Shown: positions 13,001-26,400 of the stretch, in pieces | Layout of the letters: each line of letters starts with the position of its first letter | How positions within the stretch are numbered: position 1 is the first letter of the stretch | Origin: Raillietiella orientalis | Taxonomy: Eukaryota | DNA: 64,000 nt | Assembly: GCA_036172245.1 (NCBI GenBank) | Contig: JAYWIR010000014.1 | Span: 4,340,001-4,404,000 of the forward strand | Direction of reading: 5' to 3' | Program-made: the position numbers and the translations under genes | Notes under the pieces: model-generated | Databases searched by the model: none | Told to the model about the DNA's origin: nothing | Seen by the model: the letters and a program-made list of their open reading frames with translations, nothing else

Positions 13001-15979
13001 GTTATTTCCCCATAATGGATTTCATTCTAGTGTTTTTAAGGAAGAGTTAAGAAAATTGTATTCTCCATGTACATGTGTATTGGTGCCTATGCAAAAGTGC
13101 ATGAATTTTCGGAAACTTTCGTCATGTTTATAAATGGCAAATATATTCATTCCAGAATTATGTTCCACAATTCATTGCAATAATGATAACAACTCTGCCT
13201 ATCACTAGTTAACTGTGAAGAAAACTCAGAGCTGATTTTTAAATTAATCAGATATATTTCGATTTAATCATGCAATATTAAGTGAGTTTCCTGCATGCCA
13301 AATTAAGTAAAAGATTCTCATGATCATTCTCATGAGCAAGGTTTGCCTTGCAACCATAATTCAGGTTCGTTGTTTGCAAATTAATTCATGACGTTGCTAA
13401 AGTCAATGTGAGGAAATATTTCCGAATTCCGAAATTTTCAGAAAGAACACGAATTCATTTCTTTATTACGAGGATATTTTGGTTCAAAACAAGTTAGCTG
13501 GATTAAATAAACACTTATACAGATTGTCTTGAATAGATTTGCAAATTCTCAAAAAGGAACATATTGTGGGCCATGGGTCTTGCATGCATAAAACATCACT
13601 ACCAGTACAAACGTCAGAAATATTGTTAAAAGAACTTTTGATTTTTTTTTATGTGGAATTTAATAAATGTTTGAGTGCAAAGATCAATGAAAGTTGGATT
13701 ATTTCGCAGTGGTACAATTCGTCATATACCATATCTTGAAGTTCCATCATGCTCTTATGTGATCCAGAGATTTGGGTCTTTACACATAAGTGGATGTATA
13801 ATAAGCGATTTTTTCGATATTCTCTGCTTGTTAAATTCAGAAATAAATGTCTGTAGATTTCCTTTAATCATGTGGAAGTTCCATTAAGAAATTTTCCATT
13901 GTTTTTGTAGATTGCATCAATTGATTACATTAGTTAAATAATTTCCCTTGTCTATAATAATTGTACGGGTGTTTCTGGAACATGTTTATTTACACATGCA
14001 AGAACTAAGTTTTTACATTTTGATTTTTGGTTTGTACTGTTTTTTGATTTCTGAACATGTTTAATTTTTTTCACTACTACATTCATGTAGGCATACAATG
14101 CACTAAATCTGAAGTTATGGAAGGCTATAAATTGGCATGTGAGAAAGCAGGACTCAACCCACTGCCAACTGTTTTGCAGCAATTAGAAGTAAAAATTAAG
14201 ATGAATGGACAATTAATACAATCTCCTAATAGGACTTGGAAACTTTCGAACCACGCAAAAATGATTTACGTTTACGTGGAGAGAAACTGACTTTGTCTCA
14301 CTGTGATGCTTTGGAGGAAATCTTCAAAAACATTCAATTCAATTGTGTTGACATTGAAGCTACCAGTTTGGATGATGAGGTAGGCAAATTTACAGCCAGA
14401 TATTTCCTTAGAACAACCACAGAGCTATACAGCGTTGTTTGAAATGATTGAATACTATGATTCAGCCAGACAGCTGAATCTCGGACTGAATACTTTGGGA
14501 CAGACAGGCTGGCATTCTTGCTCCCAGTTATTACGAAGGGTAACTCCTATATCCAGAATGGAAGTGATACCATAACAAACATAGAATGGCAGCTTAGAAA
14601 CACTGGATTTGCATGGCACAAAGATGACCAGTGACTCTTTAGATGTATTGTGCAGTTCTCTTCGGCAGGGTTCTTGCATTTCTGTTCTTCATCTTGAGCA
14701 TTGCATGCTTCATGGATATGCTTTGCAACAATTGGGTAAGTCAATCATCAGTTAGCAATTTCCCAAAAAGGCGTATATAGTGGCTGCAATGAAGCTTAGC
14801 AACAGTCTGCGTGAATTGTTTTTGGCTGGAAACGGATTTAAATTGGAGGATGCATGTATTCTGAGCAGCCTCCTTCTATCTAACCGTTCATTGCAACTTT
14901 TGGATTTGCAAAACAACATGATTGGAGATGATGGCCTCCAAGTGATGTGTGAAGGAATTCTACTTCCTCCTCCAGCAGAACCTCCAGCACTGACTACATT
15001 AGTTTTATGGGGCAATCAGTTAACAACACGTTCTGTTGAAACTCTAGAGGCTATCTTAAGCAAATGCCCTTTCTTGCAAGTTCTTAACGTTGGCCATAAT
15101 TCATTAGGAGATGCTGGTGTGAGATATCTTAAATACACATTGCAGTGCAACTCACAGTTACAACAGCTGGGTCTTCAAGCTAATAACTTGACATGTGAAG
15201 GTGGTATTGCTTTGGCTGAGATACTGGCGGAAAATCATACCCTTGTGGTTAGTAACTTCTCATAATATCAAACCTAAGATGTATCAGAGGCTGGACTTGC
15301 GCCAAAACTCATTCAAGTTAGCTGCTCTCATGGCTTTGAGACAGTCTCTAAAAGTCAACAGAACCTTGCTTCGCCTTGACATTGATCCTGTACCCAATGC
15401 TAATCAGGGACCTCTTCCTGATCGTGAATCTAGACAAGAATATTTAAGCTATCTATTGGAAATCACTGAAAGTTGTGAGGGTAATGCAGCACATCAACAG
15501 AGTACCACAGGATCATGCAACAATCATGAGGATGTAAACAACCAACGCTCCGGAAAGAGAAAAACTTCCTTGACCTGTGAGGTTATGAATGCAGATGATA
15601 GAAACAAACTGGAGCATCTGTCACCAATCTGTGAAGGACTCAATGAATCTCATCCTAGTAGTTTGGAAAAAACGCACATGTCATGCATACCATCAGGTAG
15701 TTCAGTGGATATTTCATAAGCTAAAACTTTCTTACAGAGTTTCCATCCTCTGTGTTAACATCCACACACAGTGTGGATAACTTGAACATCATTCCTCGCC
15801 GCAACAGATTCACAGTCACCCAAGTACAAGAGAAAGATCTTTCTCCATACTCCAGTTCTGCACCTGCTTCCATTCCAACTATGATGGAACTTGCTCCTGT
15901 TTCAGAGCAGGAGCCTGTGGTTGTAAAAGCCACTACAAAGAACGTAGTAAAGGGATTCGGGGCTGATGTCTTATTATAG
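10037..15979 (+). CDS. PPP1R37: Protein phosphatase 1 regulatory subunit 37 (LRRC68-like leucine-rich repeat protein), 8 exons, ~604 aa
   Basis: Exons 10037-10220, 14091-14188, 14233-14379, 14423-14539, 14585-14735, 14781-15247, 15288-15696, 15738-15979 join in frame (1815 nt), all GT-AG. Contains an RVxF-like KNVYF, NPWK, YKLACEK, LRGEKL..CDALEEIFK.IQF..VDIEATSLDDE, ALFEMIEYYDSA and RI-type LRRs. An additional upstream coding exon cannot be excluded. Confidence 0.9.
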
Positions 15980-15991
15980 ACAACATAATGG

Positions 15992-16004
15992 AATAAACTT
16001 TATT
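15992..16004. terminator. Back-to-back polyadenylation signals AATAAA-C-TTTATT serving both convergent genes
   Basis: AATAAA on + at 15992-15997 (12 nt after the PPP1R37 stop) and AATAAA on - at 16004-15999 (11 nt after the BAF stop). Confidence 0.7.
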
Positions 16005-16015
16005 ACAGAAAAAAA

Positions 16016-16288
16016 TTACAGAAACTCATCACACCAGTCACACAAACACTGATAACAGTCATTGGCTTGTTTGTTATTGGCTCCACTTATATCCTTCAGC
16101 CATTCCAAAAATAGCTCTCGATTTTTCTTGAGTACGAGAAACTGACCTAGCATAACAGATGCCTTGTCAAAACCCTTTCCTTCTAGGCGTTTGCCAAGCA
16201 CTTCACCAATTCCAGCCAAGTCTGTCACGGGTTTATTTCCCATAGGTTCAGCAACGAAATTTTTGTGTTTCTGTGATGTAGAAGACAT
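16016..16288 (-). CDS. BANF1: Barrier-to-autointegration factor (BAF), 90 aa, uninterrupted CDS
   Basis: [74 protein letters not shown] is the canonical BAF sequence. A probable 5'UTR splice acceptor lies at 16299-16300. Confidence 0.98.
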   Translation of the reverse strand: MSSTSQKHKNFVAEPMGNKPVTDLAGIGEVLGKRLEGKGFDKASVMLGQFLVLKKNRELFLEWLKDISGANNKQANDCYQCLCDWCDEFL

Positions 16289-16985
16289 GCTGCCACGCCT
16301 ACACAGAAATTACAAATATGTATTCAGAAACAAACAGAAAATTTAAAAAATGCAATCTGATGGTACTCCACTGTGCAAGGAATTAATTGTTCACTCCTAT
16401 TTTGATACAAAACATGAACATTTCTTTTGAACAAAAGCAATGAGACTGGGCACGAAAATACAAATTTTGAGATTTATCTACAAAGCAATTTCCGTGGCAT
16501 TTTCGTATTTGATAGCATACACGGAATGAAATGGATGAAGAAAGAACCCAATTACTTTATTTGGAACAATAGCACTACTTTATTTACTGTCTCAAATATT
16601 AGATTCCTATTAAGTTGCACCAAGATTTTATACTTTACATTTCTATTGTGTTGTTATTCCGTATACATTGCAGTAAACTGTATTATCCATAGATGTTCAA
16701 AGACTACAACACAGTATACGGATGATACCACAGTTTGACATGTGGAATCAAAATGCATAATCAGTTTCTTCAAAACAATAATCTTTAATTTCTGACTTTT
16801 TGGCTCCCGATCAAGAGATCAAATAAAGAAAAGATTTACATTGCTATAACGACATAAAGTAATATAATGTAAAAAATTTTGATTTCAACAATTATAAAAG
16901 TAACTAATATTGTTGCCCAAAAGAAAAATACATCATCAATGAGTACTATACATTGAGAGTAATGACAAAGCTGTGTTGGATATAA

Positions 16986-17098
16986 AATTATGGATACATA
17001 ATGAGTATGTACTACTTTGAAACAATTCGCACCACCGTTAATTATGGATACATATACGCGTATGTACTACTTTGAAATAATTTGCGCCACTGTTAATT
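16986..17098. repeat. Two-copy imperfect tandem repeat, ~54-55 bp unit
   Basis: aattatggatacata...gtatgtactactttgaaa.aatt.gc.ccac.gtt occurs at 16986-17039 and 17040-17094. Confidence 0.85.
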
Positions 17099-19281
17099 TA
17101 CTTTTCAAATTCATCTTCATAACTGTGAAGATGAATGAAAGAATCTGAATATTACTACTTTAAGCAACTAATCGAATCGCTACTGCGTTAAGACACAATC
17201 CAACTTTTAATACTAAAATCACACTTACAAAGTTTCTTGAATTTACAATCAACCAAAAATGCTCAGTAAATTCTGAAAATTATCTGCGTTCTGAATAAAT
17301 GAAACTTAGCTTCTAATAAGGCTTTTAAGACCGGTGAAATTACGCTCACTTTGTATTTCAAATTTTACCGAGTTGCAATCTAATTTAAATATGATTTCGC
17401 GAGTTCCAATAAAATGTCAAATACTGTACTGAAAAAGCAAACAGGTATCTTTATTAATGTGTCGTGTTGGTGCTTCTTAATGTCTATACAAATATTCAAC
17501 ATAACTCACTATTCAACACTCAAATACTTTGGCGGTATGGATCGGGAAACATTAAAGGACGTAAATGAATACATAATTAAAGGAAAAATGAAAAATCAAG
17601 GAAATCTGGTAGACAAAACTGTCCGTGCTTGGGTACATAAAACTATCCACCATTCATAAGAGATCACTGGAATTTTTACAATCACGTAATACATTATAAG
17701 GATGAGTGCATGAACCACTTCATAAGTTCCAAAAACAAGACTACACTACGCAGGGAACTTTTACATCCGAACTTTTTTAACATCCGAATATAACATTGAA
17801 AAGTATGAAAATACCTTGTTTGCTTTATCTAAATAATTCCAAATAAATATTCATTTAAGATGCTGATAAATACGGCATACTCGTTAATTCACTTGGATTA
17901 GACTATTTAAAAAATTGAGGGCCACAGGGTTGTCAATAGTCTTCAATACCTTCTTTGGCTAATTAATAACTATATACATTTCAGTGAAAACAAATATGAG
18001 AGTACTTAATGAAATTACAAATTAAGTGATTCTTGAACTCAATATGCATCATTTATGGAGTGAATTTTTTACTTTCTAATTTTCTATTCTCCACAGATTC
18101 AAAAACCTCAAATAAAGCATTTCAGTAGATAAAAAAAAATTAACATACAATTATTCAGAACAAATAACAAAAGGGAGCGCCCAAACCTTCAAATCTCTTG
18201 ATCAACATAGAAGTGGAGTTCTATTACTATTGTGATAGAACTGAATTGAAAATGAAATTGCAATCTGAAAGTTATTTTCTGAGATCTTCCAGCTTTGTAG
18301 CAAAAAATCCAAATCAATAATATTTCGGATAAGTATAAAAAAGTGACTTTCTTTACATAAGGAACACTTCATTGTGTTTCAGTCTTTATATCCTGCAGCA
18401 GAATAAATATCATTTCTTAAGGAACAATGGACTTTTCTGAAGAACCTTGGAAGTTGGAAAGCTACATGCAAATTCATTTTTCTTCTCATACTTTATCATC
18501 TCCAAGAAATGTGAATATATCTTCAGACCTTAATTTTCTCTCGCCACTACATTTGAGGGTGACGTGTTGGATCTTCTGCTACGCAATTTGGATTTCGATA
18601 TATTGCCTGTAAACCAAAACAATACTCTGTTTTTAATTTTATGTACACTTTAATAAAAAGTGTCTTGATGGCGAATTTTTCTGCCCTAATACTCGTCGGT
18701 TTTAATTTGCAAATGAGAGAATGGATTTCGTTAATAAAACTTTTCTGTTCCTTTTATGTTTAAATGCAACCAATACTGAAACGTAAAATTTCTTGTCTTT
18801 AGAATAAATTAAGCTAAGGCATATTTTTCCTTATTATTCGTTAAAACTTTGGCCACTTGTGTTCTTTTTTTAATGAAGATTTCCATTATTGTATGTATTT
18901 CCATTATTTCCTTTCTCACACTGCGATCAAGTTCTTCCAGGTTCATAGTTCCTCAATGGCATATTATACATCAGAATTAGCTTGTAAAGTCTATGGATGT
19001 CTGTTTTAGAGCAGGCAACTGCAAAGACTGCAGAGTCTTATCAGTAAAGGAAGCTACTGAAACTAAGACTAGTGATATCTTTATTAGAATAAATGTCACG
19101 AGAATTCATTGCTCAATAACTTTGGTAACACTGTATTCTTAGATACCTGATATAAATATTCCTTCTTAAGGGAAAGCCTAATTTTGAGCAGGTAGACTAC
19201 TTTCATTGTGCGTCTCTGATCCATTCTATCGACAAACAGCAACATTGGAGACAATACAGAAAAAACGTAGCTCTAGGAGAT

Positions 19282-20507
19282 TTTGTCTGTGCATTTGGAA
19301 AAATTGCCTGCAGAAACATTTGTAGCTACTGGTATAGTTTGTGGACAGAAATGTACTGAATACTACAAAATTATTCATCTATAGAAAGATAATCTAATAG
19401 TCAATAACCTGTAGAACATCGATTTTTTCAGAGGAGACTTTCTACGGAAAAATTAGTGAAAATGGAAGCATCCTTTCTGGATTCATGTGATATCATCATG
19501 TTTCTCGTATGAACTTGCTAATTCTACGTAGATTCTGTAAGGAGAAGCATAGACTATTGTGAACAAGCTTTAGACATCTCTACATCTCTACTGCTTTAGT
19601 CATCTCTATCACTCTCCTATGCAATATGAAAATGAGGTGACCTCCAATACAGAGATTAAAAAAACAAACGAATTTTCTTTACAAAATGCCAAAGAATGTT
19701 ATTCTGTAAAGTAATTCAATTTCTTGATCAACCATGTAACAAAAATTCTATTCTTTTCAAGATATAAAAAAAAAAAACTTTTGGAAAACACCTTAGATTG
19801 GTGCCGTAGCCAATCCTGGAATGAATTCTATTGCCTTATTAGGTAGGTAGTCTGTAGAATCTCGTTTTCTTCGATTAAGCCGCAAATCAAGGCTTGACTA
19901 CTCTCTGACAAAGTGCTGATGAATAATATTACCGTAAGTGACAAAAGGAGCATTCTTTCACTAATGGAGGAGCACTTAAAAATTATCCCTAACCTTGCTC
20001 TGATTTTTACTGATACTTTCAATTTTGTTTTTACTAGTGGAACTGCTAGAGCAGTGAGCTAGATTGATCAGGAATGAAAATGAGACCTTGACTAGCGATT
20101 GACAATGATCACATATATGCAAAATTGAAATTCTGAATGCTTGGGATTTTATTTAAAAAAAAAATTATTTAAAGTTAAATAGAACGTCTTGATTCAGTAA
20201 CAGTAGGTAAAAATCATAAAGAGAGCAAAATAGAAATGAATAGCCATGAATTCGAATATACCTTTAGAAAGAGACTGTCAGTTCACTTTTTTTGAAAACG
20301 CATTTGTCACGATGCCCAATGAGTATAGAAAAGTGTAGAATGGATATAGAAAAGTGTCTGGAAAGAGAGTGTAGAAATGATATAGATCAAAAGACACTCG
20401 TGATTTGCATAAACTCACAGATATAGATCAGATCTATTTGTCTGTGAATTTGGAAAAATTGCCTTCAGAAACATTTGTAGCTACTGGTATAGTTTGTGGA
20501 CAGAAAT
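19282..20507 (+). repeat. 71-bp dispersed direct repeat (19282-19352 and 20437-20507), 2 mismatches
   Basis: tttgtctgtg(c/a)atttggaaaaattgcct(g/t)cagaaacatttgtagctactggtatagtttgtggacagaaat is present twice, 1155 bp apart. Confidence 0.9.
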
Positions 20508-21672
20508 CCTCATTGCTTTGTAAGCAATGAAAAATAAAACACTTCCATTAGAAATCTTCATAATTCAAAACCTCTCAAGTCTTTGATAGATCTAAGTATT
20601 TCAGATATTATTTGGAATTTTTAAGTTGTCTTATATTTTTTGATTTGTTTTCCAAGTTCTGAAGTAAATGTAAGATATTTTATTATAAGATATGGAAATT
20701 ACATTAGAAACAAATGCATTTTAAAATACTGGAATTGTATGACCAAATGTTCGAGTTGCACTTTCAAGTTAACTAGGGACAAAACTAAACTGAGTCTCCT
20801 TAAGAAAAACTGAGGCAATATCCCAAGGAAGAGAACAAGCCAATATGGACTCAAATTATGACTGGATAAAGTCAAATTTTAAGTGAAAAGTAAATTGTTG
20901 ATTGTATGCCACATCAAGAAATGTAGTAATCAAGTACAGTAAGGTACGAAATCTTTTCGTTGATTTATATATTCACGATGAAAAACCATCGATCAATGGA
21001 TATACAGAGACCGATATATACGAAGTGTCTTCAGATAATTGAAACATGTTTCTCCGTAAAAAATGCTTTGTGGATTGTACCGCAGACTGCAAATAGGAAG
21101 AACGTTGATAAATAATTGATATTTGAAAAGTTTCTCATTCTTATGTCGTCTATGCTTACTGAAAACAGGCAGTCGTGAGGAAACTTCATGCAAAAAAGCA
21201 GTTTCAAACTCCCGACCCAAAAGAAAGAAAAAGTTTTAAAAAAGACCAAATAGGTTCTAAAGTTGAGAAGCAGAAAGAGCTTCATTATTCATTATTCAAA
21301 ATTAATTCTTTGGAGGAGAATGTTAAATTCCTAAAGAGATGCAAAAGTGCATTACGGTGTTTTCACAATGCATGTGGAAATAAGATTTTAAAAAATTCCC
21401 TATTAATATAGTGAAGAGAAAACGTTGTGAATGGAGGTATGGAAAGACAAAATATTTTATAGTGTGCCAAATAGATAGCAATGGTCTCCTTTGATTCAAA
21501 TTTGTGAAATTTGAAATAGTCGAACATGAAACATAATGATTTTGAATTTTAGGAAGGGGAATTCTTGCGCAGAGCTTACTGCAAGGAGATAGAGAAATCC
21601 GTCTATTGATATCGCGTAATACATATATATTGCAGCTCTCCTGTTGTTTATAATGGTGGTTGATGTGTTAAG

Positions 21673-23414
21673 ATGCCGTTTTATGAGCTGACATTCATAT
21701 TTCGTTTTATGCCAAAGGTATGTATCAAAAAGATCTAAATATGGTTGATGTTATTTAGTGTAATCCTGAAATTGCACTATGATTTTGGACGGTTTTGCAA
21801 TTTGCTTGGTTTGCTTGGTATGGTCTACTCAATTTTGATACTGTAATTGTTCAGTGGTTAACTTTTCTCAATATGCAAATTCCAGAACGAACTTTTTGAT
21901 ACTATTAAAAGAACAGCAGAGGTCATATATGCCCAGGATGGTTTTATTCGTAGCATTGAAAATTTAGGAACTTCACTTCTCCCATGTTCCATGTCTGCCC
22001 ATGGGATGATACATAGGAAGGGCCAGTGAGTATGAGTGAATTGTTCGTTTATTTTTAAATATTGCATCTCGAGAGATCGGGCTGTTGCAAATGTATAGTT
22101 GTATTTTAATATAGATTTCAGTTTATTTTAAGGGATGCATGGTCTGCTTAGGTAGCTAAGCAAAATTAAGTTCCTTTCTGACATTGCATTGTGTTACATT
22201 GGAGTTACGTATGCGTTTTTATCATTTTTTGATTTCATCTACTCCCAACCAAGTATTTATTGCCCAGTAGTAGTTGGATTATTTCCTCGCTTTTAATTCA
22301 AGTTTTAAATTGCTTTTTAATTGATGCACTATTTAATTTAATTTGCTATCTTGCGAACTTGATTTTCATATTTTTCATCGACTATTGTATCCTTAGTGGT
22401 AGCATTTGCCAGTTGGAAGTTTGTTGTCTAACTTTACTTAATGATCAGAGTTTGAATAAGGTCCGTCGAGTGTATTACTTTATAACGCATTTAATCACAT
22501 ATTGTTCCTTTTAATTAAAATCGTTGTTTTATATTTCTTTACATTCACATTTTCTGTTTTAAGTGCATTACAGCTACTATCAAAGATTGTGTGCTTTCTG
22601 CATACATTTGTTATGCCATATGTTATATGTAAGCAGATCTCTTGCAGATTTCAATTTTTTAGTAACTTTAAATAAAATGTTCATGCGATTTTAATGTATT
22701 AATTTGCATTGTGCAGCAATTTTTCATGAAGTGCTGGATCACATAAAAAAAAATGTTGTGAAAGAACTATGATATCTCTTACATTTCTATATTTTTTTGT
22801 TACAGTTACAATTTGAATTGAATATAGTAGAACATATTTAAAAGTTTTGCTATGTGTTTTAGACTTTTTTCTTTCATAAATTTAAATTTCGCAATTCAGT
22901 GTGTTTTTATGAAATTAGCTAGCACTAGCACACATGAATTTCATATAAGTCTCAGCTCATCTCTCATTTCAGTATTCTAATGCCTTTTTAGAAAAAAGAG
23001 GCAAACACAAATGCTTCATAACTGAATGTCTCTTGTATTTCATCAAATATGCTTTTCTGTATTTGGAGCTGACAAAATGGACACCTGTGATTAAAAAAAA
23101 ATTACTTTCAGTTATTATTTAATCAGATGTGATGCTCCTCCAAGTAATATTAATGTTATACAAAGTTGTTTCAAGAGGGATATCGATGTGGTAAAAAGTT
23201 GCATCTTTCTTGTTGGAGAACCTGTTTCTGTTGAATGTTCCTTGGCTGAAGAGTTGCTTCCTGCACCTTATAGGTAAATAGGAACAATTATTTATTAATT
23301 CACCTATTTCGCTCTTTCAGAGAATCTGTTAAGAAATTGATAGAAGGATATGAAAGCAGAAAAGTGATAGGTAAATCTCGTGATGAGAGCCATATCCGCA
23401 TTTATCCACTTTGA
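21673..23414 (+). CDS. MRPS6: Mitochondrial ribosomal protein S6 (bS6m), 4 exons, 146 aa; not visible in the ORF track
   Basis: Exons 21673-21717, 21886-22025, 23112-23273, 23321-23414 give MPFYELTFIFRFMPK-NELFDTIKRTAEVIYAQDGFIRSIENLGTSLLPCSMSAHGMIHRKGH-YYLIRCDAP...KRDIDVVK...ECSLAEELLPAPYR-ESVKKLIE...IYPL*. This matches the MP.YEL, R..ENLG...LP and RD.DV motifs of bS6m. Confidence 0.93.
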
Positions 23415-26400
23415 ATCAATAATTGAATGCTAGTTGCTCATGTTGCATTTGTGCAGATTTTGAAGCATCTTAGTAGACGACATTAGTCACAAATAAACAT
23501 GAATCAGCAAAATTCCTAAAAATGCTAAACTGATTGAAATTTTATTCTTTGAAAACATTTTAACACACGTAATCACTTTGAAACATACTCTCAACAATGC
23601 TTATCAGAAACTAATTATTATTATGTTGTATGTTTATACTAATATATGTTCCTTGGCTAACTATTATGTTGCATAATTTTAAGACGAATTCCTTCTCTGA
23701 AACTGCTTTTTTGACAGAATAGTTCTAAGTATTTTAGCACTGTTCTTTTAACAAATAAATCACCAATTAGCTAATTTGCAGAATTCGTCATGATGTGTTG
23801 CTTTCCACAACCTGAAGTGAAACTGACTCTTGTGTTATTTATCCCAATTATTCATTTGCTAACATCTTCCACATTATTCATTCATCTGATCTTTGTGAAA
23901 TCCACCAACCTTGGAACTGATTTTTCCATAGAGTTAACTTCATCCATCATGTTTCTAATGAAGCATGTGAGTAATGAAAGTGTTTAGTGTTTTGACTGGG
24001 ATTCAAAAGCGAGTTTTGCACCAGTCAGTAAATAGTTCTATGATTACAAAATTTAGGATGCACAGAGGAGAGGTGGCATATGCTCTCAATAAATTGTCAA
24101 TGCTCAACATTTTGAGAAAAAGAGCACTTCTTTCCTTTCTATCTTCTAAACAATTGCACTGCAGTTATGAAGACATTTGTAGTCTGAATGAAAAGGCACA
24201 CAAATTACTAAAAAGGAATTTATAAGCAAAGTGGTCTAATAGGCCCTCTTAAGACAAAAGCTGTTATTGAGATATAGCAGGCTTTATGGTCTCTGACTGC
24301 GATGTAAAGAGTAAGTAATAATAATGTAATAAGCAATGCATTTGAGATCCAACATCTGGATCAAGGAACCACTCGAAGTACGCAGTTGTACTACCAAAGT
24401 GCTTAGAACTGATACAGGAACTTAAGATGCTTTACCAATTTCGAAAATTGTGTACAATTAAATATTTGGTACCTAGTCCGCTAGAAATAAAATCTACAAA
24501 TGCAAAAAAAGGAATATCTAATATTATAGGGCTTGAAGTTGCAGGAGCTCGCAATTTATTTTATGTTATTAGAATATTTTCTTGCACGCAGGCACACTGA
24601 TGACATCTCAATATCTGACATACTCAAGTCTCGATTTAATCGTACAGATATGATTGACTAAAAACCTAATTAAATTTGACCAAAAACAGAGGCATTGTGC
24701 AGGCTCTTTGCTGTCACTGTTTTATAAAGAAGCAGTGCATTACTGAAATCTCCGAACCCTGTCCAATTATTTTTGGCCAGAAATGTTTACAGATGCCTTA
24801 TTATGATTATGGAATTTTGAAATTGTACTTCATTACTTTTAACTATTCATTTTGGGGCACACTACATAAACGCGAACACCATGTTGACAATACTTGCCAA
24901 TTTTAAAAACATTTCTCTGCATGAAGCACAAAGATCTCGTAGATACTGAATGTCCACATAAAGGCCACATATCAAATTTCACCATACTGCTCTGGGATTT
25001 AAGTTTGATCGTAGGTAGAATGGGGTCTGTACCATTAGATACAGAACCTGCCTGCTAATCAATCTTGTACGCTGACGGTGTCAGCGCAGCGAATCTGTAC
25101 TTGCGATGTGATCCTTGGTTCATGTGTATAGGAATTCAGACAATACCAAAAACCAACCAACTTTACATGTACCTGAAAATGAATCCTATGCACAAGAAAT
25201 TATTTATTCAGTTAAAAGTTAAAGACACGGCTTCTATTTTGGTAGCTTGTTTGTAGCCTTCATTAATGCGGAAGGCTAGACGTGTGTTTGTTCAAGCATT
25301 GATATTTAGGTTGGTTGCAACTTCTCGAGTGGGCAATACACGCTGCTTATCCTCGCCTCATAACTCTGCTCACAATAGTTTCTTCTATTGCCCCATGCCA
25401 AGGATTCGTTCTGTAGGCAAACAGATATTTATGGCAAACTACTACGTCTCTGGACTTTCGACCATTCTCCAAGCAACACCACTTCCATGTATGCACAAAG
25501 AAGAATCTTTGTGACACTTGATAACAGATTCTGCTTTTGTAGCCAAAATGTAGAACAGCAGTCTGTAGTCTGCGTTTATCGCTGCCAAGTAATTAAGATG
25601 TTTTGTTATAAGTAAAAGATTCTTAAACACTTCTGTCCGCTGATGTGCCGCAGGCTATTGACTGATAGTCATTAGAATATATATAAAAATGCTTGTCACC
25701 CAAACAGTTAAAACTGAAACAAAGCTGTCACTCTTAAACATGAAAGTACGAACACTTTCAATTATTGATAGCTTATAAGAGTAAAACTCCAAGAGCATAT
25801 ACTACATATCTATAAAATTTATAGAAAAACACCTCTCTGAGAAGAAGGAGGCTATTTCCTGAGGATAAAAAACGGAATCGAATCTGTAAACATGAATTAC
25901 ATCAGCGGTTTTATGGTTTGAAAAATAAAGATTATGCAGAATTAATGGGTTAAGCGTTCCAGTATGAATAAATGATGAAACAGAAAATGAAAGACAGCCC
26001 TAGACAAGATTCTAATTTGAAATTATGAAAACAAAAGACGTGATGAATAAATGTCCATAGCCATGCATCTATTTCTACGGTGTTTTGAGTTTCAGCTGCC
26101 CAGGTACTTGATACTTATGCTATGAAGATAATTTGCGAAAGAGAACAGATCACAAGAACACCCACATAGAACGAGAACGTCAAAAACAAAAAGAGCGGAG
26201 GGAAAATGAGAATGACAAATATCTGTGAAAGATATGGAAACTTCAATAGCACTTCAGAACTTCAATAAGGCGGACTCTGCAAATTGACTTGCAAACAGAG
26301 ACAATGAAGAGGAAGGAAATAAACCGATTCTTTCTCAAGTAAAATGGACTGATGCAAGGATTCCAGGTGAAACATTCAAATGATTGAATAAAGAGCACCA

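Noticed and set aside
18300..18620. Possible minus-strand exon(s) between BAF and MRPS6
   Set aside because: A short open stretch with splice-like ends exists, but I could not link it into a gene or recognise the peptide.
21175..21411. Lys-rich 78-aa ORF upstream of MRPS6 as a separate gene
   Set aside because: Non-ATG start, no recognisable family, and composition explained by A-rich sequence.
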